64,000 nucleotides of DNA, taken from assembly GCA_951406725.2 (NCBI GenBank), contig OX597826.1, positions 83,700,001-83,764,000 of the forward strand. Reading direction: 5' to 3'. Position 1 is the first letter of the stretch. Each line of letters opens with the position of its first letter. The DNA comes from Octopus vulgaris (Eukaryota). The position numbers and the translations under genes were made by a program. The notes beneath the pieces are model-generated. The model was not told the origin of the DNA, did not search any database, and saw only the letters and a list, made by a program, of their open reading frames with translations. Below are positions 40,600 to 51,828 of this stretch, in pieces.

Positions 40600-42191
40600 C
40601 CTTCAATTCAAGATGTCTGGAAAGAAGACATCAAGAGAAACTATAAGCAGTCGGGAAAAGTGGGAAATGCAAAAGAATTGCACTGGACGTTTTAATGAGG
40701 TTTGATACAAGAGACGTAATGAGCCACATTGCCAAAACATTAAAGCTTATAACATTTACAGTGGAAACAGTACACAACAAAAGACAACAGAATTAAGTAT
40801 TCCAGAAACTGTTCCAGAAACTGTTCCAGAAACTATTCCAGAAACTATTTTTTTTTTTTTCCATAGATCTAATGTAAGGTTTACAATGGAATGGCTCTGA
40901 AATGATTGGCCTGGGGATCATACCTGAAATATGCCAATAAGCGTGAGAGTCTTGTAAAAAAAGTGAAATGTCTGTTGATGATTTGCAGAAAAAGGAAAAT
41001 GAGGATTTTGATGAAAAACCTTTTCTGGTTAGAAGAGGTTGGATTGAAAAATTTAAGAAGAGCTTGAATTTGCACAGCATGAAAATGACTGGTGAATCTG
41101 GGGGTGGGGATACAGAGGCTAATACTAATTATTCTGAGCAGTTGAAAGAAATATTTACTGGAAGGAGCTACACACCGGAGCAAAGAAACAATCTCAATGA
41201 AATTGTAATTTCCTGGAGGGTCATATCTGGAAAAATTCATATTTTGTTAAAGGAAAAAAAAAAATCAATAGCAGTATTTAAAGCTTCCAAAAATCATCTG
41301 ATGCTTTTTCTGGGAGGTAATGCCAAAAAATCGCCACTGGTGATGTGAAATTGAAACCTTTACTCATGTATCACTCCAAAAATCCAGTTTAATTTGTCTC
41401 TGATTTGGAATTTAATTAAGTAAGGGCCTATCAAAGAATGGTTTGCAAACTATTTTTTGTTTTTCTGTGGAGAGATACAGTGTAAAACATAATATTCCCC
41501 AAAAGCATTCCTCCTTTTAGACAAGGTACCAAATCCCTCAGTGATAATGTGAAAGTAGAAGATATCCCCAAGAATATGACATCTTTGCTCCAACCAAAGT
41601 ATGAAAGCTAACTTCAAGACATATTTTCTGAGAACTTTTAAGGAATAAATGAAATAAGTTGAGAGGCGGAATAAACCTGCAATTAGAGACTTCAGGAAGG
41701 AATCCAACATGAATGCCGTGGATAATATTGGTGAGTCATGGAATGAAGTAAAACCCTCAACTTTGAATGGCTATTGGAGAAATATGTGGCAAGACAGTAT
41801 TTGTAACTTTACAAGTTTTCTGTCAGCAGAACATTCACAGCAAATCTGCAAAGATATTGTGACACTTGCAAATGATGTAGGGTCTGAAGAGGTTGTATGG
41901 GACAATGCGGTTGATTCGCTAGTGTCTCACAGGAAAAGTTTATCTAAAAAGGGGCTGATGTTGTTAGAACAAGAGCAAATTGAGAACAGAGATGAGAACA
42001 CGGAAATTCCAGCAGCTCCACTTGAATTAATTGCAAAGAATATTGCTAAAGTATTGGCACTTACAGAGGAATGGCTTCAAGATTTTGTTGATAACAACTC
42101 TGTGAAAGTATCAAATATTACAAGAGGAGTTTACAATGAGCTCATTTTCTACCCTGAGCTGTACAAAGAAATGACAAGCCATAAACATTAA
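40600..42191 (+). pseudogene. Tigger/pogo-family transposase remnant (CENP-B-type HTH and DDE_1), heavily decayed
   Basis: RGWIEKFKKSLNLHSMKMTGESGGGD, YTPEQ..NLNE, FKASKNHLMLFLGGNA, KLKPLLMYHSKNP and AVDNIGESWNEVKPSTLNGYWRNMW are typical Tigger-like motifs. Confidence 0.85.
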
Positions 42192-42376
42192 GGAATTGTA
42201 GATAAGTTCTCCGCACCTTGGCAGATGTTGATGATGATGATGGCAAGCAAGATAGAAGACAGTGTCTTTCATCCTCCCAGCAACTCATATTCTGACACCA
42301 CCCTCCCGCACACTACAATCAACATCTCTTAGATATAAAAAAACATACCCTATTACCATATTACAATTCTTATTTA

Positions 42377-42670
42377 TGGAGTAAAGATTGTTTGCCAACA
42401 TAACATGGCAGTCCTGGTTTAGGACGAATGTTGCTGTAATTTAGCCCCAGGAGTCATCATCTCCAGCTGGCTATATGACATGATTTGTGTACTTATATTT
42501 TCAAACAAGGGAATCTAGCGCCCCCACTCAGCTCCCTTGTTTGAAAAAATAAGGACAGAGATTGTGTCATGTAGCCCACAGGCTATACGATGTCTCCTGG
42601 GGTTAAATTACAGCAACATTCGTCCTAAACCAGGACTGCCATGTTATGTTGACAAATAATCTTTACTCCA
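42377..42670. mobile_element. Foldback MITE (294-bp near-palindrome)
   Basis: The left arm TGGAGTAAAGATTGTTTGCCAACATAACATGGCAGTCCTGGTTTAGGACGAATGTTGCTGTAATTTAGCCCCAGGAG is reverse-complemented at the right end; pairing continues inward to TCAAACAAGGGA / TCCCTTGTTTGA; left flank is TA. Confidence 0.92.
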
Positions 42671-42919
42671 AAGTACAGTTGCTGAATATCTCTTGTTGTG
42701 AAATTTACAAATAGTAATTTTCTAATTCTTATTTATTATCAAACGAATTTCCTTCAAATATTTCCATGTCTCCATATTGTTCTGAGCATGTTTAGAAATT
42801 GCTAGTTTCATGCATAAAAGTGGTTGTGCTGAATTTTAAAAAAGATTACTTGGAAAATATCCATCAGATTACATTATCACTTTATGAAAATAAACGGGAA
42901 AATTAATTTCATGTTATAC

Positions 42920-43256
42920 CTCGACTGGCTTCTGTGCCGGTGGCAAATAAAAAGCACCATCTGAACGTGGCCGATGCCAGTGCCGCCTTGGCTGGCCTCC
43001 ATGCCGGTGGCACGTTAAAAGCACCAACCGATCATGGCCGATGCCAGACTCCCCTGGCACCTGTGCAGGAGGCACGTAAAAAGCACCCACTACACTCGCG
43101 GAGTGGTTGGCATTAGGAAGGGTATCCAGCTATAGAAACACTGCCAGATCAGACTGGAGCCTGGTGCAGCCCCTGGCTTCCCAGACCCCAGTCGAACCAT
43201 CCAGCCCATGCTAGCGCGGAAAACGGACGTTAAACGATGATGATGATGATGATGAC
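42920..43256 (+). mobile_element. RTE LINE 3' UTR and tail
   Basis: Three TGCCGGTGGCA..TAAAAAGCACC-type units, GGTTGGCATTAGGAAGGG and a (GAT)n tail. Confidence 0.9.
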
Positions 43257-43324
43257 TACTTTGCCCTGCAGTGAATTTTGGATAAAGTGAGGATTCTTGA
43301 ACACACACATACACACATATATAT

Positions 43325-43490
43325 AGGTGCAGACACGGCTGTGGAGTAAGAAATTTGTTTTCCAACCACATGGTTCCAGGTTCAGTCCTACTGCATGGCA
43401 CCTTGGCCAAGTGTCTTCTACTATATGATCAGGCTGACCAAAGTCTTCTGAGTGGATTTGGTAGGCGGAGACTGAAAGAAGACATTCATA
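43325..43490 (+). mobile_element. SINE family B head
   Basis: GGTGCAGACACGGCTGTGGAGTAAG...CACCTTGGCCAAGTGTCTTCTACTAT. Confidence 0.85.
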
Positions 43491-43942
43491 TACATGTGTG
43501 TGTGTTGACAAATGAAAGTAAATGACACTCAACACATTTGGAAAAAGAACGCCAGACAGAGTTAATTAGACTTGGGGAGGGGTGCCTTGTGATTAAAGTG
43601 CGGACATGTGTATCTCCCTCTGTTTATAATATCATTTTGTCAACATCTGTAATTAAATTATATATTGTTAGGTATGTATCCATGTGTGTGTGTGTGTGTG
43701 TGTGTCTGTTCAGTGACACCTATGTGCAACAGATGAAGACACACAGTTACAAACATTATAATAATACGTTTAAATATTTGTTGTGCAAGATTTTTTATGT
43801 GAAGTCGTGTGTTGAAACAGATATTGTTATATTTCGGAATGGTCATATTGCCAGTTTAGCCAATAAAAACACACGCACTATATATTTGGTGTTATTTTGC
43901 TTCAGTGATATTTATTTTTTACATTAATCTTAATCTTATTTC

Positions 43943-43987
43943 GGCCAAAGTTCTTTCGTCACACTCCTGTGACCGCATCAGTGGTCC
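43943..43987 (-). ncRNA. Minimal type I hammerhead-ribozyme-like motif (degenerate), probably derived from a Penelope-like element
   Basis: Minus strand reads GGACCA-CUGAUGC-G-GUCAC-AGGAGU-GUGAC-GAAA-GAAC-UU-UGGCC. Confidence 0.45.
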
Positions 43988-44547
43988 TTTGTTTTCTTCT
44001 CACTTACTTGTGTCTCTCCTTACTAACCGTCAGCCATTTTGTATTATAATAATAATAATACAGCAAATATATCTAAAGGATGAAGAGCTTGCTTCTTGTG
44101 ATAGCAATTAAAGATGTAGTCTTATGATGGTGGTGGTGGTTTCAGTGGTGGTTGGTGCCAGCGGGGATGGGGTGGCAGAAGCAGCGATGGTGGTGGTGGT
44201 AGTAGGGGGGGGGGGCAGTGATGCTGTGGTTGCAGTCTTAGCGCTTGGTTGGTGGTTGATTATGTTGATGGTGATGGTGATGATGGATGGTACTGGCAAT
44301 CTTGATGTGGCATTGGTGGTAGTAGTGGTGGTGGTGTTGGTGCTAGTGTGGTAGTAACTGGTACTTACCTCAGCATAGCTGCTTGGATCTGTCTTAAACG
44401 CTGTGGAGATGAAATAACAGCTAAAAATCCCTCTCAAATCACATAGTCACAGTTTATCTAGGAATAAACAATGTGTAGATGCAGCTGTAAGTATTTATGA
44501 GTGTATGTATATACATATATGCATGTATGTGTATACATATACGTATT

Positions 44548-44593
<46 letters not shown>

Positions 44594-44691
44594 TATACAT
44601 ATATACATACATGCATACACACACGTGTCCCTATATGTTGTCTATGAGGTCATATAATCTGGTGAAGATGCTAGTTATCTACATATATTTT

Positions 44692-45112
44692 AAGGAGTGG
44701 CTGTGTGGTAAGAAGCTTGCTTCCCAACCACATAGTCCTGGGTTCAGGCTTACTGCATGGCACCTTGGGCAAGTGTCTTCTACTATAGCCACGGGCTGAC
44801 CAAAGCCTTGTGAGCGGATTTGGTAGATGGAAACTAAAAGAAGCCCACCGTATATATATATATATATAGATAGATATAGATATACATTTATATGTATGTA
44901 TGTATGTATATGTTTGTGTGTTTTTGTTTATTCCTCCTAACATCACTTGACAACCGATGCTGGTGAGTTTACGTCCTCGTAACTTAGTGCTTTGGCAAAA
45001 GAGACTGATAGAATAAGTACTAGGCTTGCAAAGAATAAGTCTTGGGATCAATTTGTTCGACTAAAGGCAGTGCTCCAGCATGGCCACAGTCAAATGACTG
45101 AAACAAGTAAAT
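44692..45112 (+). mobile_element. SINE family B, full length
   Basis: Well-preserved head, internal TA/TATG tract and tail ending CAAATGACTGAAACAAGTAAA. Confidence 0.93.
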
Positions 45113-45349
45113 AAATATATGCGCACGCACACACATACACACACACACTTATAGACACACACATATATATATATATGTCAGAATATGTATGTTTTTTTAT
45201 ACTTTATGTGTATATAAATATATACATGCACATTTGTGTGTGTGAGTATTGTGATAATAGCATTACTGGTTAATTGTGTGCATATGTGAGAGATCGTAAA
45301 GGTAGGAAGATATTATTCTTGTGTGTACTTCGAGGGGTGGTGGTGGTGG

Positions 45350-46880
45350 TGATAGTGTTTGACTGAGGTTTAGCCCTGAGCAAGATGACTTATGATCAAA
45401 GACAATACCATCATTAATATCGTATCCTTTTTTTAATTGGCAAAGTGAACCTAGGATCACATTCTCTAATGCGTTCTTCCTAGTTTTACAACAGTGAAAT
45501 GGGATTTGAGTGATGCTTGGCTACCGTTTCTTGCAGCTCAACCAACCACATAGTGGCACCTCGCTTCATTGGCTCATTTTTCAGAGGAAGTAATTAAGTG
45601 TTGGTTGCTGGGTGAGTGGGTGGGAGTGAAAAGTGAGGTGGGTAGGAGTAGAAATAAGGAAATGGGAGGAGGTAGTGTTTGGGAGATGAGAGAGAGAGAG
45701 AGGAAATAAAGGCGAGGCTGGTTGGACTGAGTTGGTTGAATGGATTAAATGGTACCAGTTTGGTATGTTACCATTTAGTCAGCAAGATTGAAAAGGCTTA
45801 TATATGAAGGAAATTGTTGTAAACAATGAAAGATGTTTCAATCATGACCATCCTGTCTTTTAGTCAACATGTATCTAAGACTAAATTAGTCAATGTGTCC
45901 AACAAGGTTTTTTTTTTCAAAGTTAGAAGTTGAAGGAGATTTGACTGCTACTACTAGCAGGTAGAGTCACTCTCTTATCAGCACGCTACTGTTGTTGTTG
46001 TTTTGCTCCAAATCCTTGAGTGATTCCCTGATCAAAGATATTCCGTCCATGACCAACATGTCTTTTAGCTGACCTCATTATTTAATGAGTTTTTTACTTT
46101 CCTGAGAGGGAGGAGTGTAGTTTGAGGCAAATTTGGCTGCTATTTATAGCAGGTCACATTCACACATGGAGACTTCATCATATGAAAAGGGTGATGTGAA
46201 TGTTGTCATGTGGGACATTTGCTACATGTGAAGTATGTATGACTGCAAGGGGTAAAGCCAAGCAATTCGTGCACATGTATACATGGGATTGATGTTATTG
46301 TTATTTAACCCCAGGCCAATCATAATAGAACATATAGACCTATGATGAAAGACCATTCCAACTATAACTTTACCATCTTTTGGATCTCTTTGGTTTGAAC
46401 GCCAGTTTTTTCTAGCGGTGTCATATGAAATTGTCACCCATAATTATGACCCTAGTATCGATCTATTGCATTTCAATCTGTTTTAGGGTTAGGGTTAGGG
46501 GGAAGGCTATCTTTTTTTCTTCACAAATGTAAATAAATCCAATCTGTTTCTTAAACGAGGGACATACTCATCAGTGATTGGTTGAAATTGCAGAAATTGA
46601 AGAAAAAACAACAAATATCTTACAAACTATAGAATTTTCTCAATAAAGCCAAGAGAAAAAGATGTTTTATAAACACATTCTACCAGTATACGAAGTTTAA
46701 AATTTTTTAGTTACCTAGAAATTATGTTAAAAACTGCCGTTCAAACTGAAAAGATCCTGTCTTTTTTCTGGAATAGTACATTCCTGACAACATTATCCAA
46801 GTGTTCTTAAATGTTGTAGGGTGTAGTTTGAGGGAAATTTAGTGACTGTTTCTAGCAGATAAAGTGACCACATAGAGGCT
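45350..46880 (+). repeat. Cluster of about four co-oriented copies of old repeat family X
   Basis: Recurrent TTTAGCCC/ACCCCAGG, ATGACCA and TTTGGCTGCTATTT.TAGCAGG blocks at about 45370, 45840, 46020 and 46305. Confidence 0.6.
46382..46757. mobile_element. MITE with about 29-bp TIRs starting GG and an 8-bp TSD (Merlin-like), internal (TTAGGG)3
   Basis: TIRs GGATCTCTTTGGTTTGAACGCCAGTTTTT / AAAAACTGCCGTTCAAACTGAAAAGATCC; flanks CATCTTTT / TGTCTTTT. Confidence 0.85.
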
Positions 46881-47526
46881 CCATTATTGATCCTTGTTTA
46901 CAAATTGTTTCCTATTGATACCAACCCACCTGAGGCCACCCCTGTTCCACTTTTGTTGAATGACACAAACTTTCTGATTGAAAGTAAATCCTTCCACCAA
47001 AATTTCATTTTGGTTTGTACCAAAAAACAGCTGAAAAATGATAAAATTATTTTAATAAATTCTTCCTTATTTTGGAAATTAATTGAAACAGAAGTAGAAT
47101 ATTTCATCAGAAATATGGTAAGACCAGTGCCTGGCCCGAGTTTACCTTTTGCAGAAATTCCCTTTATTGTTATCTATATTCAACCACAAAGAATATAGAG
47201 AACAAATTGAAGAATGGATTGTAGGTATTTGACACCTATTTCTGGCACTGGCAATGGTCATTTCCAGTAGCCCTTAACTATATCTTTATAAACGTAAAAA
47301 TATACATATATATGTATATATATATATATAGATAGATAGATAGATAGATATAGATATAGAGATATATACATGCACACACTTTTACATAAACACACACACA
47401 CACACATGCACTCACACACTTTCCATTCTTCTGTCTGTTTTTGCTTTTAGTATTACTTCCTCCTCCATAGAACACAGCCATTTCCTCTGTTTTATATACA
47501 AACCAGTTAGATATATGTTTATTTAT

Positions 47527-47624
<98 letters not shown>

Positions 47625-47934
47625 TGACGTATATATATTTATATATATATATACATATATATATATATGGAGTGCACATGCATATTCCTAAAAAATACAC
47701 GTATCCATAGATAAGTATCCGTGTACAGTTTTTATTACTACCATCTTGTCTACTTGAGCCAGATTTTCTCCTAATTTACTTCATTTCTGTTTTACATTCA
47801 AAGCTGCCTGTCTGTCTGCCTTCCTGCCTGTTTGTCTGTCTGCCTGCCTGTCTGTTTATTTATGTCCCACACTCCTGTCTTGTAACAGATGCACACTCAC
47901 ATACACGCACGCAGCATCACAAATATTTATATCA

Positions 47935-48140
47935 TCATCATCATCATCATTGCTTTAATGGCCATTTTCTCAGAGTTTATTGAAGCCGATTTTTCAACAA
48001 CCGGATGCCTTTCCTGTTGCTAACCCTCACCCGTTTCCAAACAAGGTAATATTTCCCCTCCATGGCCAGACGTGTTTTTCACAGAATATTGGAAATAGAC
48101 AACTTTGCTTGTGTCACAGAAACACTCATTTACAATTATC
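47935..48140 (-). mobile_element. Retroposon 3' end with (GAT)n tail, RTE-related, second family
   Basis: The reverse complement has GGGTTAGCAACAGGAAAGGCATCCGG and a GAT tail; similar to 29280-29490. Confidence 0.65.
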
Positions 48141-50325
48141 GCAAAAATCTGTAAAACTTTTCAGAAGTTTATCATTTAAATATATATGAGCATGTCTAGA
48201 TATGCAACTATATGCATGAGAATGCATGCATAAAACATACAATGCACATACATACATACATACATATAAACAAACAAACAAAAATACTCTGTTGTTGATG
48301 TTGAAATTCCAATGAAGGAATCTTGGATCTAGGTTAGAAACCGGTTCTTTCTCTATTGGCAAGAAATCTTGAAATAAACTGAATAATGACATACATACAT
48401 ACATACATACATACATACATACATACATACATACATACATACATACATACATACATACATACATACATACATACATACATACATACATACACACACATGC
48501 ATGCATACACACATATATACATGCATGCATACATAGATACATGCACACGCATCATCATCTCTCCTAAGGACTCACAGTATGTAAAAGCACTCGCAATTAT
48601 ATTGTTGACAAGCAAGAACGGTGTTGCTTCGGCTGTCGGAACTGCCAAGTCGTGTTATTTCCTCCCAGACTACATCTGTTCATCACACACACACACACAC
48701 ACACACACATAATGCCTAAATTGTTCAAGAAGTTGACAATGTCTGGGTTGCTTCTTTGGTTGGTGGTTAGAGCCATGAGCACAGCATGGCCTGCTTTTCC
48801 ATTTCTTGCATCATGGAATCTGCCTTGTTGATGCCATCAATACATCTCTGCAAGAGAAAGTTATAATTTGGCACATTCCACATAGCATTACATTTACAAC
48901 CTGCAAAAGTTTATCAATACACACCCAGAACACACCTGCCTGTGCATGTGTGTGTGCATTCACATGTAACAAATAAATGCTGCATGAAGTGCGAACAAAA
49001 ATGAGGTGGTCTAGGCTGGATTGCTTTTTTCTTTTGCTTTTTTTTTTTTGATCAATATTGTCCCAGGCCGAAACAACAAAGCCCAAAACATGTCCTGATT
49101 ATTTGAAGCAGGGCACTGAAGTAGCACAAACAACAGTGTTGAAATGTTTCGTTTTATTTACCTACAAACCTTTGTGTTGTAGGTTCAAGTTCCCTCGAGG
49201 TTGGCACTGCCATATGTTTTTGTTTTGAATCTCTTCAGTATTGATAAAAATAAGCTCAAATCCTATACTAGAACCAAATCTCTAAGACTCTTCCTCTGCC
49301 AGTATTATTAGTCCGGTGCCAATGTAAGAAACCATTAATCTACATTCTGTCCATTTCCCTTCATAATGTTCTGTGGGGTCAAGCATTGGCTTTATTCTAA
49401 TTCATTGGGACCATAAAGCACGGTCTAGATGCTGCTGGCCTCCCTTCCCAGTGGGGCTAGACCAAGGCAATGGTAAAAGACCTGACAGTATGACAACTTT
49501 TCCAGTCTGGGGTGGTAGGCTCCTCACCTGGAAGGTCATATTCTCTGACACCTTCTCCAGTAGTGTGTTCAGCTTCTGACCCTGGCTCCACTGCTTATCA
49601 GGCTGAGAGTATTGGTCATTTTCTAATAGGTTTGTGGTCGATCTTGTGGCAGTGGGAACCTCTGGGCATTCTTGACCCCAGGACCAGATTTTTGCTTGCT
49701 CCTATCAGGGTGCAGATGGCTATCTGCAAGCGCAAATCCCCATGTGTCCGAGTGGCTGGTCCAGTGTATCTCCCTTGTCATCCTCAGAGGACTATGAGGT
49801 GAACTGGCAAGCCATTTTAGATATTTCTTTGCTCTGAGGAAGAGGAAAGGTAAGATGATTCCGACAGGGCCCTTCATCAAATTTATAAAATCATTTCATT
49901 AAACATTTTAATTTTGCCGACCACTGAGGCAGAAATAGACTGGAAACCCTTCCCTGAACTACATCTTCTCTTTCCCATAAAAAAAAACATGTTTGGCTTT
50001 GTGTCAATGCAAGAGGTCTTCATTTAATAGAGAGAGAAGATATCGCGGGGCAAGGATGGAAATAATTTGATTTTTAACAAAACATTTCGTTAAAACAGAA
50101 TGGTTGGAATGAAGTATTGAATGATATTAGCCAAGACCTCCTTTTTCGAATAAGCTGAGACAATATGAATTGAAATTCAAAGTATTTCATTTGTATTTCA
50201 TTTTGCATTGTTCCAGCCTTGTCTCAGAAGTTGTTTAGCCCCAGGTCAGTCCCGACCCAGTGGAGGAAAGACACTCCACATGGAACCATTCTGGTCTGCA
50301 TTCATTGCTCAATGTATCCATTTTT

Positions 50326-50433
50326 ATTTGCGCTATGGCGGTACATATTGTACAATTCGAATGATACAGAGAAGATTGGCATGGCCCCTGCACAAGGATG
50401 ACACGCAAATTTGTGAAGTGTTCCATATTTTTT
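50326..50433 (+). pseudogene. U6: U6 spliceosomal snRNA retro-pseudogene, essentially full length
   Basis: Gap-free alignment to canonical U6: CGCTATGGCGGTACATAT...GATACAGAGAAGATTGGCATGGCCCCTGCACAAGGATGACACGCAAATTTGTGAAGTGTTCCATATTTTTT. ACAGAGA box at 50366-50372; AGC triad changed to GGC; CpG transitions; no TATA box near -30. Confidence 0.96.
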
Positions 50434-50592
50434 CACTACACTCTCGGAAGCACATCCAGCTGTAGAAATACTGCCAGATCAGATTGGGGCCTGGTGTAGC
50501 CTCCTGGCTTCCCAGACCTCAGTCGAACTGTCCAACCCATGCCAGCATGGAAAATGGATGTTAAACGATGATTATGATGATGATGATGATGA
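50434..50592 (+). mobile_element. RTE LINE 3' terminus fused directly to U6
   Basis: CACTACACTCTCGGA...CATCCAGCTGTAGAAA...CCAACCCATGCCAGCATGGAAAATGGATGTTAAACGATG(AT/GAT)n matches the RTE ends at 15462-15631 and 43088-43256. Confidence 0.93.
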
Positions 50593-51332
50593 CAGAATTG
50601 TGTAAACTGTGGAAGTTTTGGTTATTTCTAGCAGATTGAATGACTCATAGAATTTATCCTTGGTTCATTGCTGCAAAGTTTACTCAATTTGTATGAAGTG
50701 TTTGGCTTCTTTGAAATTCTCTGTCACAGACTGGCATCACTGTTGGCATGGTGGACAAAATGCTTAGCAGTGTTTCACCCATCTTTATATTCTGAATTTT
50801 TAGGTTGATAAAATAAGTACCAGTCATGTACTGGGGTCACTGTAATCGACTTACTCCTACACCTGAACTAACTGGATTTCTGCTAGAATTTGAGACCAAT
50901 ATTCCATGTAAAGAAAACGGCTCAATTCTGCAAATACTGATGTTGCTGTTTCATCCCAAGCCTTTGATAGTAATAACACTGTCTTTGACAGTAATAACAC
51001 TTTCCTTTTATCTTAAGACGTTAGTAAAGGATTTTAGGAAACTTTGGCTGCTGTTTCTAATGGATCTATCACCTTTGTAGAGGCCAATTTGTTGCCTCGT
51101 ACAAATAGTTGTTATTAAACTGTGGTCAGCTCTCACCAACCAGAACTATGACCAAAGCCATTCAAGTGACCATTTGAATGATATAAGGGTGTGTGTGTGC
51201 ATGCATGTTGTGTGTATGTGCATGTATGTGTGTGTACATGCATGTGTGTGTACATGCATGTGTGTGTGTGTGTGTATACTGAAGCATGACTGCAGCTGCA
51301 ATGGCTGGCATGTATAAAAACAAATCAAAGAA

Positions 51333-51690
51333 TAGCTGTGTGGTAAAAAGTTTGCTTCCCAACCACATGGTTCCAGGTTCAACCCCATTGTGTGGCACCT
51401 GATAATGATCAAACCCTTATGAGTGAATTTGAGAGATGGAAACTGAAAGAAGCCCACTGCATGTGTGTGTCTGAGTTTGTGTTTGTCCCCCACCACCACT
51501 TAACAATCTGTGTTAGTTTGCTTACTTCTCTGTAACTTAGCAGTTTGCCAAAAAGAGACTGATATAAGAAGTATCAAGCTTAAAGAAAAACAACCTAAGT
51601 CCTGGGATCGATTCATTCGACTAAAAGTTCTTCAAAGTGGTGCCCCAACTTGGCCACAGTCTAATGACTTAAACAGAAAATAAAAGACAC
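51333..51690 (+). mobile_element. SINE family B
   Basis: Head GCTGTGTGGTAAAAAGTTTGCTTCCCAACCACATGG and a diverged tail. Confidence 0.85.
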
Positions 51691-51703
51691 ACGCACACAC
51701 ATG

Positions 51704-51761
<58 letters not shown>

Positions 51762-51828
51762 ATATTAGGGAGTAAATCCAAACTTACAGGGAAAAATTAG
51801 ATTTAGGATTAAATCAAATTTCACAGTA

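Noticed and set aside
46483-46500. Telomere or chromosome-fusion site
   Set aside because: Only three TTAGGG units, internal to a TIR-bounded MITE.
48767-48900. Minus-strand terminal exon (CKCNAMWNVPNYNFLLQRCIDGINKADSMMQEMEKQAMLCSWL*)
   Set aside because: Acceptor-like sites exist, but no homology was recognised and a 44-codon open frame is expected by chance.
49373-49880. GC-richer ORF-bearing block as a host exon
   Set aside because: No recognisable motif or clean splice sites; more likely a decayed retroelement fragment that I could not assign.
50326-50433. Functional U6 snRNA gene
   Set aside because: AGC triad mutated, CpG decay, no upstream TATA box, and fused to a LINE tail.
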